Of a stretch of DNA of 64,000 bases, positions 25,344 through 35,187 are shown one piece after another. Made by a program: the position numbers and the translations under genes. A model generated the notes under the pieces. It saw only the letters and a list, made by a program, of their open reading frames with translations, was not told where the DNA came from and did not search any database. The first letter of the stretch is position 1. Each line of letters starts with the position of its first letter. Where the stretch lies: the IMG/VR virus record IMGVR_UViG_3300040801_004532, positions 184,137 through 248,136 of that record; one strand, given 5' to 3'.

Positions 25344-28250
25344 ATGCCAGATAAGTATGATCCCAACGAACCCGGCAGTATAACTCAAGAAGCTGATAAT
25401 CAAGATGAAAGAATATCAGGAATTAGCAATGTAAACCGTACGATCTCAAACATGCAAAGAAATGTTGATACACGATTGCAAGAGATCGATGATGAAGTTG
25501 GAGACTCTGAAGCAATTAGTGAAGTTCAAAATTCATTACGAAAAGTTTTAGCTTCTATGAGCGGAACTATTGGGGATATAGGAAGAGGTTTTAGCAATAT
25601 TGCAAAAACCACTGCTGAGACTACAAGTCAATCAATTAAACAATATTCACAAGCTATAAGTCAAGACATTAGTTATAACAAACAGAATATTGTAGCAATG
25701 GCTTTATCAAGATCAACGCCAATCTTTGGTTACTTCGCTGCCAAATTTATGGAAACCGACGTTTTCAAATCAGCAGCAGAAAGAATCAAAGCAAATATTG
25801 GTGATATGCTAAGTGGAATTGGCGGAAGAATTAAAAGTGCTTTTACTGGTAGAGGGAAAGGGGAAAGAGAAGCAACAGAAAGCGGTATCCCGAAAATGCA
25901 GAAGGGTGGGTATGTTGAAAAGGGAGGTATGGCATATCTCCATCCAGCAGAAGTTGTTATGCCAATTGAGAAGGTACTTGAAAAAATTGATGAAAGTATT
26001 TCGGTAGCCCAAGACCTAGCTAAAATTTCAAAACGCGCACAGTTGAATACCATGGCAAAGTTGTCAACTTTTGTTGACGAACAAAAGAAATTTCAAAAAC
26101 AAGGTATTATTAAAGGCTTCATTAATGCTTATGCAACAGTCCAAAGTAGATACATGGAACCTTCAAATATGCGAATGTTGCGAGCTGTGTTGTCAATTCA
26201 AGATACTCTTGGCGCAACAGTAGGAACATGGCCACAAGTATGGCAAAAATTATTAGTTGAACATCCAACATTTAGAAATATAATGTTTACTCTAAGGGGT
26301 CTATATTCTACAATTGCGCTCCCTGCAAGACTAACATATGCTCTTTTTAAAAGACGTGGTGGATACGAAGGACATCTCTCAAGAGATAAAAGTCCAATGG
26401 CTGCAACAGCTTATAATGTTGGATTAGTATATACAGGTGGAATGTGGCGCCTTGATAATATTGCACTCTTTACTCGAGCAACTGCTGAAGCAACAAGAGA
26501 TCTATCATCAGCAATAACAGGGAAACGATATCCACAGCTTCGAGGTGTCGGACAGGGATTTTTCTCTCTAATAGGATTAGGTCGAACTGTTTTAAATTTT
26601 GCCACTAAATTTACACCAGCCTTAACTGGAGCTTTTGTAGATGCGTTAACTGGCGGGACCGGAAAAAAGGGATGGTCAATAGGAATGTCAATTGGTGAAT
26701 CTCTTACTTCTGAAACATTTATAACAAGACTTGGTGAAAAAATTAAAATGTTGATTCCCAGCCTCAGACAAGAAGAGGGAATATACGGCGCTGGAGGAAT
26801 AGTTGAAGCTCTTCCAGGGCTTCATGCTGAAGCAAGAAAACGAGGAGCAATTCCTGTTTACGATGTTACATCTCAGAAATTAATAGAATACCAAGAGGAG
26901 ATCCTTTCTCTAACAGAAGTAGCAAATAAATGGAATAAAAAACAGTTTAAAAGCCAAGCTGAAGAAGTAGACCAAACAAAAGAATTAGTTAAACATGAAA
27001 AACGTAAATTATTTTTTCGCCTTCTTAGTAAAGGAGGAGGATTTATAAAAAGTATTTTGGGATTTATTCCCAGCCTCTTAGGTGGATTGGGCGGTGGTCT
27101 TTTTAGAATGCTTGGACTTGGTGGTCTTGGTGCTGGTCTTGGAGGATTGTTGGGTGGTGCAGGTCGAGGCGCTGGAGGAATAGCAAAAGGTATTGGAGGA
27201 ATGGTTTCCTCTGGATTTAAAACAGCCGCACCAAAGATTAAAACCGTACTTTCAGGTGTTCTGTCAAGTCCAATGGTATGGAAAGGAGGGGCCCTAGCAT
27301 TTGCAGGATTTATTGGATGGGAAATTGGGAAATGGCTTGATAAGCTTCTTGGAATTTCTGAAAAATTTGAAAAAATGCAAAACAAGTGGGACAAGGCATC
27401 TGAAGAACTTGGCAAAACTGTAACCGATGCTACAAGAGCAGCGGCGACAGCTGCCAGAGAAAAAGGCGGAGCTGAAGGGTTTGCAGGAAAACGAACTACT
27501 GCCCTTGTTGCTGGAATGGGAAAAGTTTCTGCTGAAAGACAACAGGATATCGGATCTTTTGGACGAAGACATATAGCAGGAATTGAAGATGCACAACGAA
27601 AGTTTATGATGGAAAACATCAATGAATATCTGAAGTACGGACCAGAACAAGTTGATATGATGAGGCAGAGATGGTTAAGCGAAGGCGGGTGGATAGGAAA
27701 AACTTGGGGCGGTGACCATCTTAAATATGGTCGTATGAGAGAAAAAGCATTTTTATCATATCTTCAAACTCATGGGAAATCGTTATCAGAATCTGAACTT
27801 CAAAAACAATATAGAGCATACGAAATAGGTTTTGCCAAAGAACATCCAATGCTGGCAGCAGGAATAAAAGGTAAAGAATTGGCAGCAATGGCAGGGGAGA
27901 AGGGTAAAGAATATTTAGAAGCTATGAAGAAAGGTGCAGGAGTTGCATCAGAAAAAGTAGTTGGGGTTTATACACAAGCAACAGAATTAGCTGCTGCTGA
28001 AACAAGAAATCTTGCAGCAAATACAAAAGAGTTACGAAACACAATGGAAAAATATGGAGAAAAGGCTGCAGATGCCACACTCCGTGCAGGTAAAAATTTA
28101 GAGACCAATTTAGCTCAAGCAACAAATATAGTATCAAATCAAGTTTCACAGAGCACACAACGAATAACAAATATCGGCGGGGATGCAAGAAAATATTTCA
28201 GTGCATATTCAGAAGCAGTAATTAGAGGTGATACCCTAGAGGAGTATTAA
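25344..28250 (+). CDS. Tape-measure-like protein
   Basis: 968 aa, helical and Ala/Gly-rich. KGGYVEKGGMAYLHPAEVVMP motif typical of tape measures. Gly-Leu hydrophobic tract. Confidence 0.7.
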   Translation: MPDKYDPNEPGSITQEADNQDERISGISNVNRTISNMQRNVDTRLQEIDDEVGDSEAISEVQNSLRKVLASMSGTIGDIGRGFSNIAKTTAETTSQSIKQYSQAISQDISYNKQNIVAMALSRSTPIFGYFAAKFMETDVFKSAAERIKANIGDMLSGIGGRIKSAFTGRGKGEREATESGIPKMQKGGYVEKGGMAYLHPAEVVMPIEKVLEKIDESISVAQDLAKISKRAQLNTMAKLSTFVDEQKKFQKQGIIKGFINAYATVQSRYMEPSNMRMLRAVLSIQDTLGATVGTWPQVWQKLLVEHPTFRNIMFTLRGLYSTIALPARLTYALFKRRGGYEGHLSRDKSPMAATAYNVGLVYTGGMWRLDNIALFTRATAEATRDLSSAITGKRYPQLRGVGQGFFSLIGLGRTVLNFATKFTPALTGAFVDALTGGTGKKGWSIGMSIGESLTSETFITRLGEKIKMLIPSLRQEEGIYGAGGIVEALPGLHAEARKRGAIPVYDVTSQKLIEYQEEILSLTEVANKWNKKQFKSQAEEVDQTKELVKHEKRKLFFRLLSKGGGFIKSILGFIPSLLGGLGGGLFRMLGLGGLGAGLGGLLGGAGRGAGGIAKGIGGMVSSGFKTAAPKIKTVLSGVLSSPMVWKGGALAFAGFIGWEIGKWLDKLLGISEKFEKMQNKWDKASEELGKTVTDATRAAATAAREKGGAEGFAGKRTTALVAGMGKVSAERQQDIGSFGRRHIAGIEDAQRKFMMENINEYLKYGPEQVDMMRQRWLSEGGWIGKTWGGDHLKYGRMREKAFLSYLQTHGKSLSESELQKQYRAYEIGFAKEHPMLAAGIKGKELAAMAGEKGKEYLEAMKKGAGVASEKVVGVYTQATELAAAETRNLAANTKELRNTMEKYGEKAADATLRAGKNLETNLAQATNIVSNQVSQSTQRITNIGGDARKYFSAYSEAVIRGDTLEEY

Positions 28251-28253
28251 AAC

Positions 28254-29492
28254 ATGGCAGAAAAGATTGATTTCGTAATCGGGCTACCACCAGATTTATC
28301 TACTGATGGATCTGTAGCTGGCAGAACAAATGTTGTTATGAGAAATTCGATGCCCATAGCTCGTATATATCCAGGAATTCCATCGTTTACAAAAGGTCTT
28401 TCATTATTCACAAGACAGGGTGCTTTTGGATCTCCTTCGGATACAGGGTTAACATACTCAAAGATCTTATATGACCATGGTTTTACTATCCAACAGGGAA
28501 GCGAAAAAAGCGGGTATATTGAAGTTGCATTTCAGGCTGATAGTTTTCCAACTGACTCATTTACAAATGAATACGGAGAGAATTTCCTGCAAAAATTCAC
28601 CGATGTTGCATCAGAAGGTGCTGCATCCCTTTCACAAATGATGGGTGCAAGATCAGCCGGAGAGGCGCTTAGAAAATTAACCGAGTCATTAAAACAAGGC
28701 GGAACTGCAGGAAAGATGGTTGGCACAGGAATGAGCAAAAGTATTGATGTTGCCAATGATTTGATAAGAGGAATTAGTGGGGCAATACCAGGTATTGGAA
28801 GGGGCGTTGATTTAGTATCGTCACTCGCTGCCGGTTCAAGAATTGATTTTCCGATGGTTTGGAAAACAAGTGGCTTTCAACCTTCATATACAATGACCGT
28901 TAGATTATACAATCCAAATCCAGCAAGCGAAAATGCAACCAACAAATATATAATTGGACCAATTGCAGCATTGATGTTATTGGGGATCCCTCTTTCAAAA
29001 GACGGGGTTACATATAGCTGGCCTTTTATTCATAGGATTAAATCACCCGGAATTTATGATTTAGATCCAGCATTTATCTCTAATATTACAATAATCAAAG
29101 GTGGTGACCAACAGCAAATTTCGTATCAGCAACGACTTTCAATTGTGGATGTTAGAATTGATTTTGGAAGTTTATTTAGTAGTATTTTAGCATCCAAGGG
29201 TCTTAACAAAACAAGACCAACACTTGAAAACTATCTAGCAACATTAAGGGAATCTAAACCAGGTGTTACAAAATTTAGTAGTACAGGTCAAACATCTCAA
29301 GAAATAAGCGAAAGAGAAAGAATACGAATTGCACAACAACAACTTCTACAACAAAGGAATGTAGCTCCTACGTATCAAGAAACCACAGATGCGGAAAAAC
29401 AGGATCCGCCGGATCGAGTCACACAGGCAATAAAAAATATTGCGAATAATTTAATTGATCAAATACCGGATGGGTTTAAGATTAGCTTTTAA
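28254..29492 (+). CDS. Probable baseplate/tail-tube initiator (gp48/gp54-like)
   Basis: WKTSGFQPSYTMTVRL..AFISNITI..VDVRIDF resembles tube-fold initiators. Follows the tape measure. Confidence 0.5.
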   Translation: MAEKIDFVIGLPPDLSTDGSVAGRTNVVMRNSMPIARIYPGIPSFTKGLSLFTRQGAFGSPSDTGLTYSKILYDHGFTIQQGSEKSGYIEVAFQADSFPTDSFTNEYGENFLQKFTDVASEGAASLSQMMGARSAGEALRKLTESLKQGGTAGKMVGTGMSKSIDVANDLIRGISGAIPGIGRGVDLVSSLAAGSRIDFPMVWKTSGFQPSYTMTVRLYNPNPASENATNKYIIGPIAALMLLGIPLSKDGVTYSWPFIHRIKSPGIYDLDPAFISNITIIKGGDQQQISYQQRLSIVDVRIDFGSLFSSILASKGLNKTRPTLENYLATLRESKPGVTKFSSTGQTSQEISERERIRIAQQQLLQQRNVAPTYQETTDAEKQDPPDRVTQAIKNIANNLIDQIPDGFKISF

Positions 29493-30607
29493 CAAAGAGA
29501 ATTTCTGAATATAGAGGTTAGATAAAATGCAAGAAATGAATTGATTGTGAATTTTGTTTGTGACGTATATTTCTCATATGCTTCTTCCATATCAGCATCG
29601 TCCAAAATGTTTTTTATAAGAATTTGTATTTGAGCTTTAAAATATAGTTGGGCTGTAGTTCTTTTTACTGCCATCAATTTTTTAACATATGAAGTATACC
29701 CACTCCCACAAATCATAGAAACAGAAGATAAATCCTTAATAAACAAATTTAACGCAATCTTTATATCATTATTATGCTTACTATTCGTTAATTGGTTTAC
29801 AATGATAGTTGCAATTGAGGTTTTAACTTTACTTATTTTCTTGGCTTCATCAAATGCTTTTCTGTCAACATTTTTATACATAGTTATTTTTTTGACAACA
29901 TCATCAATAACTTTTTGACCCCTTTGAATTGTTTTATATTGATAAGCATTTGACCCAGTTTCAGTTTCGTCCTCTCCACCTTGTGTTGTAATTTTAATTC
30001 CTTCCTTCTTGTATCTATAATAATTCTCAGCAAAGCTCTTCACACTTTGAGAAATCCTATGTCGTGAAATCATAATAAATTGAATGATATTTTCCAGGTC
30101 CCACTTTTCCAAAGTTTTTCTAAATGATCTGTCAACTTCTGTGGCCAAATAATAAAGACTATTCGGGATGGTTTTCTCTCGATAAAATAAATGAGTTCTG
30201 GTCAAATTATCCAATGTATATCTAAAAGTATCTTCGTCACAGTATTTCATTTGGACATGCATCCGTCTTGAGTAGTGCATAACCATATAATAAACCAAGG
30301 TTGAAAAATAGGATTTTCTGTCATTCTCATTTAGAAAATAATGCATAATAACGATTAATAAATTTGTCAATGGATCTTTTACCAAAACCCATTTTTCTGC
30401 TTTAGTCCCTTTATATGTTCTTTTAACATAATCTTTTACATCTTTATCTGTCAATCTCGTTAAATTTAAAAATTCATAATATATCTTTTTCGTTCTTGGA
30501 TAATAGCAAGGTTCGGATAGAGCAGATAATTCTTTCGCCGCACTCTTCATAACAAAATGACTTAAACGGCTTTTGTTAATATTTGCTTTTTGTAAAAGTT
30601 CTTCCAT
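29489..30607 (-). CDS. Hypothetical all-alpha protein
   Basis: 372-aa ORF converging on the + operon, at the end of the baseplate operon. Confidence 0.6.
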   Translation of the reverse strand: MEELLQKANINKSRLSHFVMKSAAKELSALSEPCYYPRTKKIYYEFLNLTRLTDKDVKDYVKRTYKGTKAEKWVLVKDPLTNLLIVIMHYFLNENDRKSYFSTLVYYMVMHYSRRMHVQMKYCDEDTFRYTLDNLTRTHLFYREKTIPNSLYYLATEVDRSFRKTLEKWDLENIIQFIMISRHRISQSVKSFAENYYRYKKEGIKITTQGGEDETETGSNAYQYKTIQRGQKVIDDVVKKITMYKNVDRKAFDEAKKISKVKTSIATIIVNQLTNSKHNNDIKIALNLFIKDLSSVSMICGSGYTSYVKKLMAVKRTTAQLYFKAQIQILIKNILDDADMEEAYEKYTSQTKFTINSFLAFYLTSIFRNSLC

Positions 30608-30609
30608 AA

Positions 30610-33063
30610 TTAGAATATCCTAATTGTGATATTATCTGTAGTGAAATAGACATATTCTGGACCATATTGTAACAATTCCTCTTGGGTGAAATTGTCAATA
30701 TCAAAGTTAAAGAAAATACTTGTCTCAGGTTTCAGAAGACGACAATGATCCACACCATCAACTTCTTGAACAACATCAATAATCTCTGATCTATATATAT
30801 TAGCTTCAAGACCAAATCTAGATGAAAACGCATCAACCAAGGCCTCTCGTATAGCCTGCGTTAGGTCCCCAATTGATCCCGAGTATGTACTTGACCTAAA
30901 AACATCCAAAGAAATCTCAAGTGGAATATTATATGAAGGAATAACCCAACCATTTTCTCCATAAAGATATTTAAAACCTTCGGTTGTAACATATACCATT
31001 TCATCTGTTTTTGGTTGAGTGAACACCCACGATGTACCATCAGTCGACAGTGTTGCAATATTCTCATCATACCCCTGCCATGCACCCGTTCCATTTAGAA
31101 CAATAAACCTATCCCCAACTGATGCTGATATAGGTGGATCGCTCAATCGAGATTCAACTGCAGGAAGGTCAACCTCATTGAATTGCATATTCCGCAATGA
31201 CCCCGTTGTACTTCCAAATTTAAAGCTTACAAAGTCTGTTAGCATTCTATAATCTTTAAATGACAAGGTTGACAATAGAAGTTGTAATACTTGGCTTTCA
31301 AAATCTCTCTGATTAATACTATCATAATAAGATTTCTTGACCGTAGGAATATCATATACAGTAAATGTAGTGGAGTCTGTTCCAACAGCACTAGACATAG
31401 TAAAGTCATCTAATGATTGTCTAAAGGTTACATTGGCTGAATACTGTCCAATAAACCCTTCTGTTGGATGCTGAATTGTAAAGAAATATGTTAACTCCCC
31501 TCTTGTTATAACTGAATGATCTGGGAAGACATAAACAAATGATGTTCCATCATTTATCATATTATATGTTGCACCTGTTTCTGATATTTCCATTTCACAC
31601 GTAGTGAGCGTATAATCAGTCTCAGGTGACTTATAATATAACCTGTATTCCGCCGTTTGACCACTCCTTGAGACGACTAGATTGTCTGCATATAGGTCAT
31701 AGTCCGATCCATAACTTGTCACTAGAGTCGGTATCTGCTCGATTTCAAACATAATATATGTATATGCTGCAGAAGAATTTAATCTGTCAATATCCATATC
31801 ATATAATGTATAGTAATCTGTACCTTCAAAGGAAATTACTGTTTGTCTAGGAACATATGTATCTGTAAATGTCTCATAGAGATTTCTTGTTGGGACTAGA
31901 TCATTCCCAAAATAAATAGTCGAATATAGAGAAATTTCATTTACTTTTAAATCAGATCGTTTTAAGACAGGTAATGAGTTCTGACCAATAGGAGAATTAT
32001 CAATGATAACATTAGCATTTACATAGTCATTTTCTGTAACTGTTCTCTCTAATGCTGTTAAGTTTGTAATTGCATTTTGTCTTATTTGCTCAAGTGATTC
32101 TTCATCTTCTCCATTAAAAGCAGGTGACGGGTTGGTAATATTATATTGAACAATTTCTGTAACTCCAGCATTTGTTGTATTGTAAATTCTTCCGCCAGAT
32201 TTTACTGAACCAGCAATTACATTCCCATCAACTCCATCTGTTAATTGAAGAGAAACAAGAACTTCTGCTCCGGCCTCAGGTTGATACCCAATTAAACCAT
32301 TTCCAAATTGTAATGTAACACCATCGTCTGTTCTTCGTTTAACATACCCCTTTGTACTGGAGTCCATCAAAAATAAACTTGAAATTTCAGTATATGTTTG
32401 GTATGCAGTATTTCCTTGTGGTCTAATCCGAACTGTCAAATCTGATAATTGGCCAGCAAACGGAACATCAATTGTTACAAATTGATATTGTTGAAGATCT
32501 TCGCTAACCTGAAACTCTTGTTCTGAGGTGCTATATTGTGTAAATGGTAAAACAAAAAAGAAAGAATCTGATCCTAATGTAACCGGGAGATTATATGTTC
32601 TATTTTCTTCACGAACTGTAATTGTAACACTTGAGTTATTTGTAACCTCAATTGTAACATCATAATAAGTTGTAAACTTTATTCCACCTTCTGCTGTTAC
32701 TTCAAACCCTTCATCAATTGTAAACGAAGTTAATGCATCCTCAAAACCAAATGGGATTTCAAAAAGGACATTTACTTGAGCTGGAGTTGCTTCTTCCGGA
32801 CTATAACCTAGGAATGATGATAGATTATAAATTGATTCTGGAAGTTGGGCTTTAGTTAAAAAGAATTCTCGATATGTTGAGATTTGATAGAACAGAGTAT
32901 TACTAGTAAGAGTTGAAAGAATTTCAACTAGGAATGAAAGAAATGATGACTTCGTAAGATCCACATTTTCAAGTTCTAAATATTGTCTAAGAAGCGAAAT
33001 TATTTGGTTTCTTATTTCGTCTCTAGATTTATAGATCTGGTACGAAGCTGTTTCATTTGCCAT
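30610..33063 (-). CDS. Baseplate wedge protein (T4 gp6/baseplate J-like)
   Basis: AQLPESIYNLSSFLGYSP, LQFGNGLIGYQP, GEDEESLEQIRQNA..RTVTENDY. Confidence 0.85.
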   Translation of the reverse strand: MANETASYQIYKSRDEIRNQIISLLRQYLELENVDLTKSSFLSFLVEILSTLTSNTLFYQISTYREFFLTKAQLPESIYNLSSFLGYSPEEATPAQVNVLFEIPFGFEDALTSFTIDEGFEVTAEGGIKFTTYYDVTIEVTNNSSVTITVREENRTYNLPVTLGSDSFFFVLPFTQYSTSEQEFQVSEDLQQYQFVTIDVPFAGQLSDLTVRIRPQGNTAYQTYTEISSLFLMDSSTKGYVKRRTDDGVTLQFGNGLIGYQPEAGAEVLVSLQLTDGVDGNVIAGSVKSGGRIYNTTNAGVTEIVQYNITNPSPAFNGEDEESLEQIRQNAITNLTALERTVTENDYVNANVIIDNSPIGQNSLPVLKRSDLKVNEISLYSTIYFGNDLVPTRNLYETFTDTYVPRQTVISFEGTDYYTLYDMDIDRLNSSAAYTYIMFEIEQIPTLVTSYGSDYDLYADNLVVSRSGQTAEYRLYYKSPETDYTLTTCEMEISETGATYNMINDGTSFVYVFPDHSVITRGELTYFFTIQHPTEGFIGQYSANVTFRQSLDDFTMSSAVGTDSTTFTVYDIPTVKKSYYDSINQRDFESQVLQLLLSTLSFKDYRMLTDFVSFKFGSTTGSLRNMQFNEVDLPAVESRLSDPPISASVGDRFIVLNGTGAWQGYDENIATLSTDGTSWVFTQPKTDEMVYVTTEGFKYLYGENGWVIPSYNIPLEISLDVFRSSTYSGSIGDLTQAIREALVDAFSSRFGLEANIYRSEIIDVVQEVDGVDHCRLLKPETSIFFNFDIDNFTQEELLQYGPEYVYFTTDNITIRIF

Positions 33064-33078
33064 CTTTAATCTCCATTA

Positions 33079-33753
33079 TTAGCAAGGCGCAACAACATTG
33101 TTGGCGAAATAATAACCGCTTCTCGAGTCATATAAATTTCCTACGATTATTTTCCTCAACAGTTCATTTTTTGATAATAATCTTGAAAGACATTCTGCAT
33201 TTTCAAGAGTATGTATCTTTTTATCATACTCAAAAAATGCAAATACATCTGTAGTTTGTTGCTCTAGTTGTGTAGATGTCACACTTTGCTCAATATTTAC
33301 CTTTAACTTCCAGAATGTTTTATCTCTATTCGTTGAAGTTTCAACACCGACTACATTGTAAATTGGATATATATCATTCGATGGTCGCAGATATGATTGT
33401 TCAACTTTTATTTTATCATTAACGAGAGGAGTAAATCCGTAGGTACTTGGTATTGCAAATGTTGTTTCCCCTTGTTTGACATAACCAATTTCTTGTCCAT
33501 CATATTGAGTATTTATTTCCTCGATATAATAAACAGGCAATAGAAGTATTTTATTCCATCTTACACCAGAGTATTCTCCAACTCTGTCATATGATCCAGC
33601 AAAAACATTTTCATCTTCCCAAATTGTTTCGTTTGTATCAATGTGATAATAAGTTGTTAAAAAAGCAACAACGTCTTTGCTATAAAAATCATATATCAGA
33701 TTTTGATACTCATGGATATAATCGTATATTCTTTGAAATTTTTGTGTGCTCAT
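33079..33753 (-). CDS. Probable virion (neck/head-completion-like) protein
   Basis: Position between gp25-like and gp6-like genes. Weak resemblance only. Confidence 0.35.
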   Translation of the reverse strand: MSTQKFQRIYDYIHEYQNLIYDFYSKDVVAFLTTYYHIDTNETIWEDENVFAGSYDRVGEYSGVRWNKILLLPVYYIEEINTQYDGQEIGYVKQGETTFAIPSTYGFTPLVNDKIKVEQSYLRPSNDIYPIYNVVGVETSTNRDKTFWKLKVNIEQSVTSTQLEQQTTDVFAFFEYDKKIHTLENAECLSRLLSKNELLRKIIVGNLYDSRSGYYFANNVVAPC

Positions 33754-34187
33754 TATGTTGTTGGTCCTCCGGGGAGAACTGTACTATCATCAAACTTAAC
33801 TGATAAAACACCATCTTCGCCTTGGTACTCAGCAAATACATCTACCGTAAACCCTTTACCTTGTGGAAGTATTCTAACCTGTATATCTGTTATAGTAGCT
33901 CGATCATCATATGTTCTTATTTGTGCTTCAACTTCTGTTTTAATTCTTTCAATTGTTGTATCATCAACTGGATCAAAAATTAGTTCTGGTAAATCACTAC
34001 CATATTCAGGGTCAAATAAAAAGCTTTGTCTTCTCGTTGTTAGAATATTATTCCATGAGCTAATTATAACATCAATATTTTTTACTCTCTTGAAATCTCC
34101 TGAGGCAGTAATTTTCGGAAGAAAGTCATATATTCTATTGTCAGAACCTATAACCTGTTTATCAAATCTCTTTAATAGATTTGCCAT
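33753..34187 (-). CDS. Baseplate wedge gp25-like protein (GPW_gp25)
   Basis: NILTT..FDPEYGSDLPELIFDP..I..QIRTYDDRA. Confidence 0.85.
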   Translation of the reverse strand: MANLLKRFDKQVIGSDNRIYDFLPKITASGDFKRVKNIDVIISSWNNILTTRRQSFLFDPEYGSDLPELIFDPVDDTTIERIKTEVEAQIRTYDDRATITDIQVRILPQGKGFTVDVFAEYQGEDGVLSVKFDDSTVLPGGPTT

Positions 34188-34321
34188 TATTTTTTAGAAA
34201 ATTCCTCCACGAGAGCTTTTTGTTTATCTTCTTCTAGGTCAGATTTCCACTTCAAATAATTTTGAAATCTCTTAACCGGCATTTTAACTGTATCTGAATA
34301 TGATTGCTTTGCCATTTCCAT
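34187..34321 (-). CDS. Small gp51-like baseplate assembly ORF missing from the track; probably the frameshifted extension of the upstream chaperone
   Basis: Translated by hand as MEMAKQSYSDTVKMPVKRFQNYLKWKSDLEEDKQKALVEEFSKK. TAATG overlap with the gp25 start. Frame stays open upstream into the gp26-like gene. Confidence 0.65.
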   Translation of the reverse strand: MEMAKQSYSDTVKMPVKRFQNYLKWKSDLEEDKQKALVEEFSKK

Positions 34322-34370
34322 ACAGGCAAAGATATTCTTTTCTAGTGAGTCACGGTATTTATTTATAATA

Positions 34371-35156
34371 TCAGACTGAGTACACCATGCGAAAAAAGTT
34401 TTCCACTAGATCAATGTTGATTTCTTCTTCATTACCACAATGAGAACAATGGCTTTTCATCTTTAAGATGATACCGTATTGGCCAAATGCCTCTTTATAT
34501 TTTCTATATATCTCACGTTTATCTCTTGCAGCCAAAGTTCTGTATGCATCAATAACGTCTTCTCTATCTGAATAAATAATGCTATCGCCCTCTTCTGGAT
34601 TCTGTTGGAATCTTTTAATGATCAATGTTTCGGTTAGTAGATCAATATTGGTTCCAACAGAAGATCCGTGAGCCTTATAAGCAACCATTTCATCATATAA
34701 AGAAGGTTGTTTAACAACTGCATGAACACCTTTAGTAACTGGAAGTTCCACATCTATTTCTTTTGACAAAATGTCTTTCCCTGGATATTGATTCATATTG
34801 AATGTGGATGATGCTTGAACTGTAACGGGGTAATCTCGTCTACAAGAACCACATGTAACATCATAATTTCTTATTTCTTCATAGGTTATATGATATAGAC
34901 CGTACAATAAAGCATCACGGTCTTTTAATGTAACTCTTTTTAGAAATTCATTATAGTCTGTAATTCCTTCTGGTTTTTGTGTAGTTGCGGAAAATAAACA
35001 TTGATTTAAATGCTCGTTAATTTTGGCGGGTGTTATAAGACTTCCCTTTAGCTTTTCCTCTTCTTGAACAGTTAAAGATCTTACATGAAACGACATCTTT
35101 GTTTGAGGTGTTATGACCTCATATTCCGGATACGATACATCAAATCCTTTAAACAT
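34371..35156 (-). CDS. Baseplate hub assembly chaperone (T4 gp26-like)
   Basis: YEVITP..VRSLTVQEE, DRDALLY, CGSC and CSHC zinc sites, C-terminal ENFF. Confidence 0.75.
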   Translation of the reverse strand: MFKGFDVSYPEYEVITPQTKMSFHVRSLTVQEEEKLKGSLITPAKINEHLNQCLFSATTQKPEGITDYNEFLKRVTLKDRDALLYGLYHITYEEIRNYDVTCGSCRRDYPVTVQASSTFNMNQYPGKDILSKEIDVELPVTKGVHAVVKQPSLYDEMVAYKAHGSSVGTNIDLLTETLIIKRFQQNPEEGDSIIYSDREDVIDAYRTLAARDKREIYRKYKEAFGQYGIILKMKSHCSHCGNEEEINIDLVENFFRMVYSV

Positions 35157-35187
35157 TATGGTCTATCTCCTTTCGTTCGCTTTAAAA

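Noticed and set aside
26873-27650. Long antisense ORFs opposite the tape measure, and similar ones opposite RNAP and DUF285
   Set aside because: They are shadows of biased codon usage or repeats on the coding strand and have no independent signals.
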